Shown piece by piece: positions 1 to 10,173 of a stretch of DNA of 64,000 nt (position 1 is its first letter; every line of letters starts with the position of its first letter). Made by a program: the position numbers and the translations under genes. Source of the DNA: a virus (lineage: Duplodnaviria > Caudoviricetes); the IMG/VR virus record IMGVR_UViG_3300035515_000417, positions 1 through 64,000 of that record, one strand, 5' to 3'. Under the pieces are notes generated by a model, which saw only the letters and a list, made by a program, of their open reading frames with translations, had not been told where the DNA came from and made no database searches.

Positions 1-1086
1 ATGAAAATTAAAACAATTGAGCAGAGGGGTCCAGACACACATCAACGACCACACCTACAATTACATTTACAATTACTGGACTACATACTATTAACAAATG
101 ATTATAACATAGAGGATGAAATTAATATCAAAGAAATAATATTGAGAACAATATTAGATATAGTAAGTTACATCCTAATAGGTATAATAATTATGGTAAT
201 AATGTCACTTGTAAAAATAGACGATACACCAGTTTCAGTAATCAGTGATGATAGTTTAATAGATAACACACTTCCAGTAATAACGGAACAATCGGTCACT
301 CCTATTACTAGTAGAAGTGCAAGAGATACAGATGAAATAGAAGAAAATGCAGTAAATGGTGATACACTAGAGCATCTTAGTAACATTGAAGGTTTAAACA
401 TAAGTGATAGTGAGTCCAAGTGGATACAAGAGAAATTAACCACCCAGCTCAACTATATAAATCAAAATAACATATCAGAAAATAATATACAGTTAATAAT
501 TAATAATAAGAAAACCGTTCAACTTCCAGTAACAGGAAAGGACTTAACAAAATCAGGATTGATTGATACAAGAAGGACAGAAATACCTAGTTACAGTGAG
601 CAATATACAGAGGTAAGAAGACCTAATAATAGTATAAGTACAGATGAAATACAAATCTGTTATAAGAATAACACCAGTATTCCAAGAGACAGAGAAGAGT
701 GTACAGTAACAAGTTTAACAATACAAAATAACTTGATAAGTTTAGACCTGTCAGACACCTTGAATACATTAGAGCTCACAGAGGGACATCCTAAAATAGA
801 AATAGGTAACACCAAAGAGTATATACTAAACACCCTAGAAAATACAGACATACACTATATAATAAAAGAAAATATAAATAATGAGGTAGGAACATGGGAA
901 ATTATTATTGAAACCAAAGATGTAGATAGTACATCAGTTTCAGATAATACAAATAACTTCCCAGACATAACATTATATATAATAAGCCTAACAGGTAAAG
1001 AAACTGGTCTGAATACAATAAGAATTTACATCAAGCAGACAGACATAAATGAATTGCATAGGATATACCAGAATATAATGAATTAA
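1..1086 (+). CDS. Hypothetical membrane-anchored protein (possibly 5'-truncated)
   Basis: 361-aa ORF starting at the window edge; one hydrophobic segment (ILDIVSYILIGIIIMVIMSLV) followed by a Thr/Asn/Ile-rich region; no family recognised. Confidence 0.6.
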   Translation: MKIKTIEQRGPDTHQRPHLQLHLQLLDYILLTNDYNIEDEINIKEIILRTILDIVSYILIGIIIMVIMSLVKIDDTPVSVISDDSLIDNTLPVITEQSVTPITSRSARDTDEIEENAVNGDTLEHLSNIEGLNISDSESKWIQEKLTTQLNYINQNNISENNIQLIINNKKTVQLPVTGKDLTKSGLIDTRRTEIPSYSEQYTEVRRPNNSISTDEIQICYKNNTSIPRDREECTVTSLTIQNNLISLDLSDTLNTLELTEGHPKIEIGNTKEYILNTLENTDIHYIIKENINNEVGTWEIIIETKDVDSTSVSDNTNNFPDITLYIISLTGKETGLNTIRIYIKQTDINELHRIYQNIMN

Positions 1087-1096
1087 GACATTGTAC

Positions 1097-1125
1097 TTGA
1101 CAAAATAGAGTTTATATGATATAAT
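1097..1125 (+). promoter_or_regulatory. Consensus sigma-A promoter with extended -10
   Basis: TTGACA (1097-1102), 17-bp spacer, TGn-TATAAT (1120-1125), upstream of the XRE gene. Confidence 0.85.
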
Positions 1126-1219
1126 AAGTATATAGATTGATATAAATAATAAACTCTAATCAAAGAAAGGTATACTTAAGATAAAATAGAATTAATTTGA
1201 AAGAGAGGAGATTAAATCA

Positions 1220-1525
1220 ATGTCAGACAGCAAGAGCATGAAGCAAAAGGTTAGAGATTTATTAAGTAAGTATGGACAGAATCAGAATGATTTGGCTCAA
1301 ATACTTGGTTTAACATATCAATCTGTTAGTATTAAATTAAATGGGCATAAAGACTTTACACAGAGTGAAATATACAGAATCATGGTTTTGTACAGACTTA
1401 CTCCAGAAGAAGTAGTTGACATATTTTTCACTAGGGAAGAATCAAGAAAAATAGAGATTACAGTTGATAAGTCTAAAATACCACAGAATTTAAAAGGTTC
1501 ACAGGGTGTAGAAGTCACAGCCTAG
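1220..1525 (+). CDS. XRE/Cro-family helix-turn-helix regulator
   Basis: LLSKYGQNQNDLAQILGLTYQSVSIKLNGHKDFTQSEI...LTPEEVVDIFF is a typical Cro/XRE pattern; RBS GAGGAG. Confidence 0.85.
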   Translation: MSDSKSMKQKVRDLLSKYGQNQNDLAQILGLTYQSVSIKLNGHKDFTQSEIYRIMVLYRLTPEEVVDIFFTREESRKIEITVDKSKIPQNLKGSQGVEVTA

Positions 1526-1550
1526 GTAATAAGAAAGGGATTGTGAGATA

Positions 1551-2135
1551 ATGAAAAAGAATAAAGAAATGAACACCAAAACGCAGATGATTAACATAGA
1601 TTTACCAGAGGAACAGCTTAGAGAACAATTTGGATTTACAGATGAGGAAATAGAATTACGAAATAAATTATTAGAGGACTGTAAGGAATTAGAGAATTTG
1701 CACAGTTTGGTTGAGGGTGAATGGGAGACCCTACAGGAAGATGCACTAAAGTTTGACCAGTTAAAATCCAAGGTAAACAGTAGCATGTTAGACTTACAGA
1801 ACAAAATAAATCAGAGTAGAAATAAAAATTATGCACCAGTGATGCAGTCAGACCAGGACACAAACACCAATGAGGATGCTGGTATGGTGTATCACCAGTT
1901 TACATTGGTGTTTGGGCATAAGAGCGTAAGTTTTGTTTTGAGTAATATGAACGTCAAGAGATTAAAGAAATCAATTTCATTGATGAGTATTACAATGCTG
2001 TACATAGTAGGTAATAAACTGTTGGGTGTGGATATAACAGGATTGTATCTTTTGAACCTGTTAATAGGCGTGGCACTGGCTTGTGATTTATCACAATTGA
2101 CAATAGGTATTATTGAGATACTCAGACAAAGATAG
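1551..2135 (+). CDS. Hypothetical coiled-coil protein with two C-terminal TM segments
   Basis: Heptad-rich N-terminal half, hydrophobic C-terminus; RBS GAAAGGG. Confidence 0.7.
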   Translation: MKKNKEMNTKTQMINIDLPEEQLREQFGFTDEEIELRNKLLEDCKELENLHSLVEGEWETLQEDALKFDQLKSKVNSSMLDLQNKINQSRNKNYAPVMQSDQDTNTNEDAGMVYHQFTLVFGHKSVSFVLSNMNVKRLKKSISLMSITMLYIVGNKLLGVDITGLYLLNLLIGVALACDLSQLTIGIIEILRQR

Positions 2136-2158
2136 GTGTAAATGAGGGGATAGAGGAA

Positions 2159-2917
2159 ATGAGAGAAATATTTAATGGCAGTGAAAATATATGGAAAATA
2201 GTTTTAATGAAAACCATAGACAATAAAGAACCAGTATATTACAGACTGGTTAATATGAATACATTTGACATACAAGAGATACCAGCTTATAAAATACTTG
2301 ATACAATTATAAATAATAATATGCAGATTATAAATGCAAAGTGTGTCAATAATAAATTAATGATACTGGACGATGAAGGGTACGAAAGCACAGATGAAAT
2401 AATAGTAATTGATGAGTTTGATGAATATACACCAAGTATATTTGACTGGGCAATAAGGAATGAAGGGCTTGGCTCAGAGATAATGAAGAGGTTTAATAGT
2501 GAAAAGAATAAGAAATCACTTGGTGAATATTCAATAGACTCAAGGGAAAGGTTAATTTGGACGTGTAAGAAAGGACATACAATACACTGTGGTTTTCCAT
2601 CATACTATAGTATGAAATGTGAATGTCCAATGTGTTTAAAGAAGACTCCTTCATTTAGGTACTGGGCTAACATGATGAACAGGCTTGACCTCATTGAAGC
2701 TTATGAAAAATGCAGTGACAATGAACTAAGTACATCAGAGATAGCTTATAATAGTAAAAGAAAAGTGAGGTTGCTCATAACCAACACAGATACAGAGGCA
2801 GAGATAGAGGTTTATGAGCCATTATGTAAGATTACAAAGGGATTAATGAGTGGTGATGATATATCAGAGCAGTTGAAATACAGACTGGACACTCAGAAAC
2901 CCAAAACAGACAATTAA
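2159..2917 (+). CDS. Protein with a DUF4379-like (treble-clef/zinc-ribbon) C-terminal region
   Basis: YSIDSRERLIWTCKKGH...CECPMC and EIAYNSKRKV resemble the DUF4379 zinc-ribbon pattern; the N-terminus weakly resembles the repeated ~70-aa domain (see findings). Confidence 0.55.
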   Translation: MREIFNGSENIWKIVLMKTIDNKEPVYYRLVNMNTFDIQEIPAYKILDTIINNNMQIINAKCVNNKLMILDDEGYESTDEIIVIDEFDEYTPSIFDWAIRNEGLGSEIMKRFNSEKNKKSLGEYSIDSRERLIWTCKKGHTIHCGFPSYYSMKCECPMCLKKTPSFRYWANMMNRLDLIEAYEKCSDNELSTSEIAYNSKRKVRLLITNTDTEAEIEVYEPLCKITKGLMSGDDISEQLKYRLDTQKPKTDN

Positions 2918-2942
2918 AACCAACTAGAAGGAAACCTAAATC

Positions 2943-3608
2943 ATGAGAAATCCAAAAAGAACACAATCAAATATAGATTGGTTACAAGAATTTGAAAATG
3001 TATACAGCGAGAAAAATTCAAGTAGTGACATGAAATCAATGTTGCAGTTAATAAGTCCAGGAACATCAATAATAGTAGATGAGAACATAGGACTTTTAGG
3101 AAATAATATGAAAATTGCTAATAATAACAGCTTATTAGACTTAACCAACAATTTACCAATAAATAGTAAAGTTGAGTTAAAAAGAGGAACAGCTTTTGAT
3201 GTAATAGACAATGAGGGTTGTATATTATTTGATGAAAAAGTAATACTCACCGGTGTAATTGAGGATAGAAGTGCAAATGACAAATACTATATATTTGGTT
3301 TAGGGGGATATTATATAAAAGACAATGTACTGGACTTCTTTGACCAAGATGATTTTGGATTCAACAGTGAAGATGACATGGATAAGACATTATATGAAAA
3401 TCCAGCACTTATATTATATAAGGCTGATGCAAATGAATTATATACCAACTCACCAGAATTAAAGGACAAGTACATTTATAATGATAGAATAAGAATAGAT
3501 ATAAGAATAAAAGACATATTGTTTTATAATGGTAATCAGCAGTATATAGGTATAGCAGTGTCAAAAGAAAATAAGATATACGAGTTTAAGGAAGTACATA
3601 AGAAATAA
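2943..3608 (+). CDS. Hypothetical protein
   Basis: 221-aa ORF, RBS GAAGGA, operon-like spacing. Confidence 0.7.
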   Translation: MRNPKRTQSNIDWLQEFENVYSEKNSSSDMKSMLQLISPGTSIIVDENIGLLGNNMKIANNNSLLDLTNNLPINSKVELKRGTAFDVIDNEGCILFDEKVILTGVIEDRSANDKYYIFGLGGYYIKDNVLDFFDQDDFGFNSEDDMDKTLYENPALILYKADANELYTNSPELKDKYIYNDRIRIDIRIKDILFYNGNQQYIGIAVSKENKIYEFKEVHKK

Positions 3609-3684
3609 ATGTAAATACCTATAAAATAGCATTAAAATATGAAAAGGAAATTTTAATTTTTAATTAGAAAGAATAGGTGGAAAC

Positions 3685-4641
3685 ATGGAGAAAATAGATA
3701 GAGCATTAGAGAAAATAAGAATAGATAGAAAAACAGCAGTAGTCCTATGGGTATTTGGAATAGCTACGGTAGTATTAGGAATAGTTACAAGTACGAAATT
3801 ATTAGGATACATATTGATAATAGAGACACCAGTGATAGGTTTACTCATGATATTGGTATCCAACTTGATAGATTTAATAATGTGTGTGGTACAAGGGGCA
3901 AGTGACATCGGTTCATTAAAGCTTGCAATTCTAGTAATCATTATGGCAATATTGATACACACTAATATAAGTGCTTTAGCGGTAGAGAAAATTGAGTACA
4001 ATAAAGGTGACAGAAGGGAAAGGTCAAGGGATAAGTACAAAAAGTTAAAATCGTCAGAGAAATTAAATAAAGCACTGACATATGAGAGATTACCCTATAA
4101 AGTACCATGGTGGACAAAGATATGTATATACTCAATGATTATAGTGTTAATAATGCAGATAGCAAATAGTGACTCACTTGATTTATATAATAACACAGCA
4201 GGATTTAAAGTATTTGCAGCTATAGCAATATGTCTATCAGCGATAGAATTATTTGGAATAATAACCACTTCAAGTTTTACATATGAAATTTTAGCAATAA
4301 AGGTTATATTGGAAACATATACAGTGAGCTTATTGATAGATTACAATAATTTGCATGAGTTAGAGAGTTCAGATGACTGGACAAAAATATATGAATCAAT
4401 TGCTTTAATAATGATAGAGGTAGTAATATTTGTGTATTACCTGTACAAGATAAGCCAAAGCAAGGAAAAAGAAAATAACAAAAGCAGTCAAGGTGGTAAC
4501 AGAGTAGAATTAAAAGTTATAGAGGAAATTATAAAAGAAGAAAAGGAAAGTGAAAAGAAAGACAATGAAGAAAAAGAGAAAGCAATCCAAGAAAACAACA
4601 TCACCAGTGAAAACAACGGTGAACAGTCAGAGACAGAGTGA
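3685..4641 (+). CDS. Polytopic membrane protein
   Basis: Two clusters of hydrophobic helices separated by a basic loop, charged tail; RBS AGGTGG. Confidence 0.75.
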   Translation: MEKIDRALEKIRIDRKTAVVLWVFGIATVVLGIVTSTKLLGYILIIETPVIGLLMILVSNLIDLIMCVVQGASDIGSLKLAILVIIMAILIHTNISALAVEKIEYNKGDRRERSRDKYKKLKSSEKLNKALTYERLPYKVPWWTKICIYSMIIVLIMQIANSDSLDLYNNTAGFKVFAAIAICLSAIELFGIITTSSFTYEILAIKVILETYTVSLLIDYNNLHELESSDDWTKIYESIALIMIEVVIFVYYLYKISQSKEKENNKSSQGGNRVELKVIEEIIKEEKESEKKDNEEKEKAIQENNITSENNGEQSETE

Positions 4642-6229
4642 AAAACTAGAAAAGCAGAGCAAAAATAGGGATAAGTTAGAAAAGAATTTACAAATTGTCA
4701 CTTTAGATAAACCTAATACACCAAAAGATGTAAGCTCAACACCCAAGGAAGTAAAATCTACACTGGACAAAGTAGAATTTACAGAAAAGTCAACAGAGTT
4801 AAAATTGGATATACTTCCAGAAAGTAAACTAACAAGTAGAACTTCCAAATCAAGAACACATAACACGAAGAAGTTTAAGGGAAGGAACAGGGGAAGAGAG
4901 CAGACATTAAGAATTCAAAATAATCATAAGAATTATGTAAAGAATCACAGACCAAAGACAGTTAAACCAGAAATTCAGTTATATGATATTTCATTAAGTG
5001 TGAATACACAGGGAAGTTTACCAGTAGACACAGAATTAAAAATAACATCCAGTAGGTCAGAATTAACTGATAAGCAGTCAGACATATTGGATATAGCAAG
5101 AATTAAAGCTAGGAACAAAGCAAAACAGAAGGTAAACAGTTTCAAGAGAAAAAGGTTCATCTTAAGACAGTTAAGTAAGCAGAAGATAAATCCAAATTCA
5201 GTAATGAAATTGAGCTTGACAATGATAATTGTAGTAACACTGGTATTTATATCAGAGTATATAATAAATAATACAGTTGAATTGCAGACAATGGCAAAGA
5301 TGAATAATTGTGAGAATGTAATAAATGTAGGAATTGACTCTAATAGTTATAAGATAACATGTGATATAGATGAAATAAGTATTAAGAACAAGAATGATAC
5401 TTACACAGAGTTGAGAGATAACAGTTGGATAAAGAGTAGTGTTGATACAAAAGGTGATAGCTACACAATAGATAATGTAGAGTACACATTGAGTAAAGAA
5501 CTGAAGCTGTCAGCATTTGATATAACGAATAATATGGTTTACATGCAGTATAAAAATATAGAAGGAACAGCTGAAAAGGAAATGATACTTGCAGATGATA
5601 AACCAAATACAGTAGATACAAGAAGTTTATCAAAGTTAAATTCCAGGTTTAAAGAGAGTAGTAATCAGTTACAAATAAAGACCACAGTTAATTCCTATGA
5701 TGATACATTTTTAATGTTAGCTGAAACAATATCAGGAAATAGTTTAATAGATACATCACTAAAGAATGAAGTTATAAGCATTGAGAGTCAAATAGCAACA
5801 TTTGTAGGTAGGAATGGAACAAAGATAAATCTTGAGGAAGTAGGAAGTATTGACCTTGATTTAATAAATAGCATAAAAGGTAATTATGAAATAACATATA
5901 ATAATGTTGACAATGTACTTAAGATAAAAGACCTGACAAATAATGAAGATTGTATATACATTAGTAATGTTGATAATGATATACTAGGAACAAGTGCTTC
6001 AGACTTTATAGCCACGACTGATGCTAAGTTATATATAAGTAGTTGGTATAGTGACAGTGAGAGTAACGAATATAAGACAGTGTTAGTTAAGTCAGATTGT
6101 AACTTATTTATGATAAAGTTCATGGGAATAAATGTTGAGACAGTTGAAAAAGATACATTAGAGCAGTTAGGTATAGATATTAACAATGTAGAAATTAAGA
6201 AAGTACAGAGAGTAATGTATACGGAGTAA
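4550..6229 (+). CDS. Membrane-anchored hypothetical protein (start uncertain)
   Basis: 559-aa ORF; basic N-terminal ~215 aa, one TM (LSLTMIIVVTLVFISEYII), beta-rich extracellular part; overlaps the upstream ORF. Confidence 0.7.
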   Translation: MKRKTMKKKRKQSKKTTSPVKTTVNSQRQSEKLEKQSKNRDKLEKNLQIVTLDKPNTPKDVSSTPKEVKSTLDKVEFTEKSTELKLDILPESKLTSRTSKSRTHNTKKFKGRNRGREQTLRIQNNHKNYVKNHRPKTVKPEIQLYDISLSVNTQGSLPVDTELKITSSRSELTDKQSDILDIARIKARNKAKQKVNSFKRKRFILRQLSKQKINPNSVMKLSLTMIIVVTLVFISEYIINNTVELQTMAKMNNCENVINVGIDSNSYKITCDIDEISIKNKNDTYTELRDNSWIKSSVDTKGDSYTIDNVEYTLSKELKLSAFDITNNMVYMQYKNIEGTAEKEMILADDKPNTVDTRSLSKLNSRFKESSNQLQIKTTVNSYDDTFLMLAETISGNSLIDTSLKNEVISIESQIATFVGRNGTKINLEEVGSIDLDLINSIKGNYEITYNNVDNVLKIKDLTNNEDCIYISNVDNDILGTSASDFIATTDAKLYISSWYSDSESNEYKTVLVKSDCNLFMIKFMGINVETVEKDTLEQLGIDINNVEIKKVQRVMYTE

Positions 6230-6260
6230 AAATAAAAGTGAAAGGACAGATAATACTAAA

Positions 6261-7244
6261 ATGGAAACTCTAAGCAGATTAGGAAGAACAGAAATATGTA
6301 AGAGATTTGGCATAAAGGATAAAAATAGTATATTTGTAAATGATAAAGATGCTTTTATAGATAGAATGAGTTTATTGAATAATTACTATGATGTACAAGG
6401 TTTGATAGATGTATACAAAGAGGAAATGAGTAAACATGCAAGTGAGAGTGTTTACCAGAGTAGTTTAAATGATAAAGAGAATAATATGTACTCAAAGTTA
6501 AAGGATTTAATTGAAACAGTGATAGAAAATAGAGAAACAATTAATATGAGAATGAAGCACTGTAAAACAGAAATGAGTACACCAGTTGAAACAGAGTTAC
6601 CAATTTTAAGAATATATTTTAGAGCACCAGTATATGAGGCAGTACAGTTTACAATTTCTGAGAGGACAAGTAATTATGTAGGTGTTACACTTGAAGATTA
6701 CATACTGATGCATACAGAAAGTAAGTATTTATCAAAGGCAATAAGCGATTTGGACATTAGCAAATTTGATAAAGATTTGATAAATGAAATAATTTACTTA
6801 GAGAATGATATAGCTACAATATTATTTTCACAATTGACACCAAGATTTTTGAATAAAAAAGAGTTGTTAAAAATAGGGCAGTGTGAAGTTGAATATGCTA
6901 CGTCAAAGCACATAAGTGCTGAGACTTTATATAAAATAATTGACTATATAGTAAACATAGATACAGTTGATTTAAGCAGAGTGGAAATGGAAGTTTATCA
7001 GTTAAAACAGCTAAATAATGCTGGAACAATATATAAAAAGGAAATGATCATAGGAGATATAAATAATTCAAGAGTAATATTTGGAGATGACAGTACAGAA
7101 AAGATAGCTTACTTAAGAGGCTTGACTGGTGACTCACCAACTGATTATGACAGATACTTTGAATATAATGGTAAACAGGCAAAGATAAGTCAGAACATTG
7201 ATTTAGATTGGAAAGATAAGAGCATCCTTGAGGGAACTAAATAA
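6261..7244 (+). CDS. Hypothetical protein
   Basis: 327-aa ORF with upstream GAAAGGA. Confidence 0.7.
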   Translation: METLSRLGRTEICKRFGIKDKNSIFVNDKDAFIDRMSLLNNYYDVQGLIDVYKEEMSKHASESVYQSSLNDKENNMYSKLKDLIETVIENRETINMRMKHCKTEMSTPVETELPILRIYFRAPVYEAVQFTISERTSNYVGVTLEDYILMHTESKYLSKAISDLDISKFDKDLINEIIYLENDIATILFSQLTPRFLNKKELLKIGQCEVEYATSKHISAETLYKIIDYIVNIDTVDLSRVEMEVYQLKQLNNAGTIYKKEMIIGDINNSRVIFGDDSTEKIAYLRGLTGDSPTDYDRYFEYNGKQAKISQNIDLDWKDKSILEGTK

Positions 7245-7454
7245 TATGCATTTAAAATAGTAAAGAGTATATTTAAAAAATAACTTAATTGTAAAATTTT
7301 CCGAATTTTCAAGAGAGTGAGCATTAAGTAAAAAGTAGAGATACATTCAAGGCTACAGTGGGTGATTTCAACAGCAATAAATAGTAGAATTAAGAGTAAA
7401 TGGGGATAATTTCACAGATTAAGTTAAATTAGATAATCGTGGAGGAAAACAGGG

Positions 7455-8075
7455 ATGCAGACAAAATTATTATATAAGAATGGTAAATCCTGTATAGCAA
7501 TAAGAAATGGAAAGCTATATGTCATAAGTACAGAGTACAAAGATTTTTCACCAAGAGCATTTACAATAATGAATGGCTTTCAAGTTGAGTTAGGAAGAAA
7601 TATAAATGACTTTATTGAGGCTCTTAAAGAAACAAGATTACCGGTATTATTAAAGCAGGTTACTCAGGTAGGAAATAATGCATATTATCAGATAATAAGA
7701 ATGCATACAGGTAATGTAGAGGATAAACTGGTAGCTACAATATTATGTAAGAATGACATAATAACCACAATATCGTTCAATAGAGATCTAATAAGAGACA
7801 ATCAGTATAGAAAGTACAATAGTATAAGTGTATTGCATCAGTTATCAATGCCATATGATTTTTCTGATAGTGGTTGTTTTACAAGGGGAAGTCAGTTGAG
7901 AGAAACTCTTAAATCAGTAATATCTACAGCCAATCCTATAATAAATGTTGTAGAGAATAATAATCAATTGAGTGCATTAGTAACAGAAGATGATTTGAGG
8001 TTCTGTTTTAAGTTTATAATAAATAAAAATGGGAAAGACATGTATGAATTAGTGAGCATATCACTGGAAAGTTAA
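7455..8075 (+). CDS. Hypothetical protein
   Basis: 206-aa ORF, RBS GGAGG. Confidence 0.75.
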   Translation: MQTKLLYKNGKSCIAIRNGKLYVISTEYKDFSPRAFTIMNGFQVELGRNINDFIEALKETRLPVLLKQVTQVGNNAYYQIIRMHTGNVEDKLVATILCKNDIITTISFNRDLIRDNQYRKYNSISVLHQLSMPYDFSDSGCFTRGSQLRETLKSVISTANPIINVVENNNQLSALVTEDDLRFCFKFIINKNGKDMYELVSISLES

Positions 8076-8103
8076 GAGAACATATAGAAAGGAAGAAAAA
8101 GTA

Positions 8104-8574
8104 ATGGCAGTATGTATAGGTCTAACAGACAATGTAACCTTGGAACTTGGGGAAATGAAAGAGAGACTCATAGCAGAGTTGGATAAAGACAATGTCAAAT
8201 ATGAAATAATGTTTGACAAAATTAACAAGAACAATGTAAAAGAGACAATTGTACACCTAAAAGAAATTGATACAGAAATAAGTATTAGTAATGATATAGT
8301 AACATATGCTAGATTAGGAAATAACAAGTTTACTCAGTTGGATGCAATGAGTGATAATAGTGAGAGTACAAGTATAGCTGAACATATCAATAAGATAAAG
8401 AAACAAATACATGAGATATTTAATGATAATACTTATAATATTAAGATAGAAAAGCTTGACTCAGCTACAATGAATATTACGTTAATACTTGAGTCAAAAG
8501 GTGACAAAGCAAGAGCACAGGTAGTAAGGGATACACGAGGAAAGATATACATTAGTACATTAATGTTAATATAA
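8104..8574 (+). CDS. Hypothetical protein
   Basis: 156-aa ORF, RBS GAAAGGA. Confidence 0.7.
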   Translation: MAVCIGLTDNVTLELGEMKERLIAELDKDNVKYEIMFDKINKNNVKETIVHLKEIDTEISISNDIVTYARLGNNKFTQLDAMSDNSESTSIAEHINKIKKQIHEIFNDNTYNIKIEKLDSATMNITLILESKGDKARAQVVRDTRGKIYISTLMLI

Positions 8575-8593
8575 AAAGGCAAAGAGGAAAAAT

Positions 8594-10156
8594 ATGGGAG
8601 CAGAGGATAGAAGAATAACATATTTTAAAAATAAGATTAAGAACAAGATAGACGACCTGCAACCATATATGTCTGAAACCAAGTATAAGTTGTACATTAG
8701 TCTATTGGATAATTGCAGTTCATTTAATGAATTAAGAGAATTAGCTGAACTGGATATGCAACTGGGTTTAGTAAGATACATGCAAGGTTTAGATGAGAAA
8801 TTAAAATTAACCGATACAGTACTTACTGAATTAGAGGAGGTTACAAATAGGTCAAGTTTAGTTACAAAGACTAGTATAATAGTGCCAAGAAGTAGAAAAA
8901 AGAAACATTCTTCTGATGATATAGATTTTTCATCACTGATGATGGACATTGATAATCCTGAGATAATGGCAGCTATGATACAAATAAGAGCAATGCAAGA
9001 AGCTCAGGATACAGATGATGATATAACCCCATTATTAAGTACAAGTGCTGAGGACTATGATAATGAAGAACTTGACATAGATGAATATGATGATGACACT
9101 GAGGAAAAATTAGGGGACTTAGATAGTGATAGTAGTAGTGAGGATGATTACCTAGATAATTTACTTTCTTCAGAATCATTTGATAGTGATGAAGATTATG
9201 ATGATTTGGGAGACAGTGAGGATGACGAGCTTGACAATTTATTTGTAAATGAGGATGATGAGGAACCAGAGGAAGACACATCTGATGGCGAACTCGACAG
9301 CTTATTTGCAGATGAGGATGATGAGGAACTAGAGGAAGGCAGTGATACTGATAACAGTACAGATACAGATGTATTAGACAGCTTATTTGCAGATGATGAG
9401 GATGATTTTGAGGATGAACAGAGTGATGATGTAGATGTTACATCTGATGATTACCTCGATAGCTTATTTTCAGACGATGAAGATGATGAGGACTCAGATG
9501 ATACACCAGATGAGGATGCACTTGACAGTCTATTTGCAGATGATGAAGATGATTTTGATGAGGAATATGATGATACACCAGATGAAGATGCCTTGGACAA
9601 CATGTTGGATGATGAAGACGAGGACGATTATGAGGACGAGCAGGATGATATTGAGAGTGACACTTCAGAAGATGCACTTGACAGTCTATTTGCAGATGAA
9701 GATGATGATTATGAGGACGAATCAGATGATGAATATGACAACATAGAAGATAATACTTCAGAGGATGCACTTGACAGTTTATTTGCAGATGATGATGATG
9801 ATTATGATGACGAATCAGATGATTATGATAGTAAGTCATCTAAATCAGATAATGATTTATCATCCATCATGGATGAAATAGATAACATATATGATAGTGA
9901 TGATGACATAGATGAAAGCGATTTAGACTTCCATGATGAAACAAGTGATGATGAATTTGACAGATTATTTGGTCTAGGTAGCAATAGTAAGGATACTGGG
10001 ACAAAGGCTAAAGCAGTTCAAAAAAGAAGTAAAGCACTTCAGAGAGTATTTGTAGACGGAACAAAAAGAGGACAACAGACACAACAGATGTTTAACATAT
10101 TGAATAGTATAGTAAATAAAACCACAAAAGGGTTAAGAGGTATGGCACATCACTAG
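8594..10156 (+). CDS. Highly acidic low-complexity repeat protein
   Basis: Helical N-terminal ~135 aa, ~320-aa Asp/Glu tract with repeated (D/E)xLDSLFADD, basic C-terminus; RBS GAGGA. Confidence 0.8.
   Translation: MGAEDRRITYFKNKIKNKIDDLQPYMSETKYKLYISLLDNCSSFNELRELAELDMQLGLVRYMQGLDEKLKLTDTVLTELEEVTNRSSLVTKTSIIVPRSRKKKHSSDDIDFSSLMMDIDNPEIMAAMIQIRAMQEAQDTDDDITPLLSTSAEDYDNEELDIDEYDDDTEEKLGDLDSDSSSEDDYLDNLLSSESFDSDEDYDDLGDSEDDELDNLFVNEDDEEPEEDTSDGELDSLFADEDDEELEEGSDTDNSTDTDVLDSLFADDEDDFEDEQSDDVDVTSDDYLDSLFSDDEDDEDSDDTPDEDALDSLFADDEDDFDEEYDDTPDEDALDNMLDDEDEDDYEDEQDDIESDTSEDALDSLFADEDDDYEDESDDEYDNIEDNTSEDALDSLFADDDDDYDDESDDYDSKSSKSDNDLSSIMDEIDNIYDSDDDIDESDLDFHDETSDDEFDRLFGLGSNSKDTGTKAKAVQKRSKALQRVFVDGTKRGQQTQQMFNILNSIVNKTTKGLRGMAHH
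9290..9792 (+). repeat. Intragenic degenerate repeats encoding DALDSLFADD
   Basis: gatgcacttgacagtYtatttgcagatga at 9515, 9671 and 9764; related gacagcttatttgcagatga near 9296 and 9378. Confidence 0.85.
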
Positions 10157-10173
10157 ATAAAGGAGAAATTAGC

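Noticed and set aside
9290-9792. Repeats as a CRISPR array
   Set aside because: In-frame coding repeats with irregular spacing, similar spacers and no cas genes
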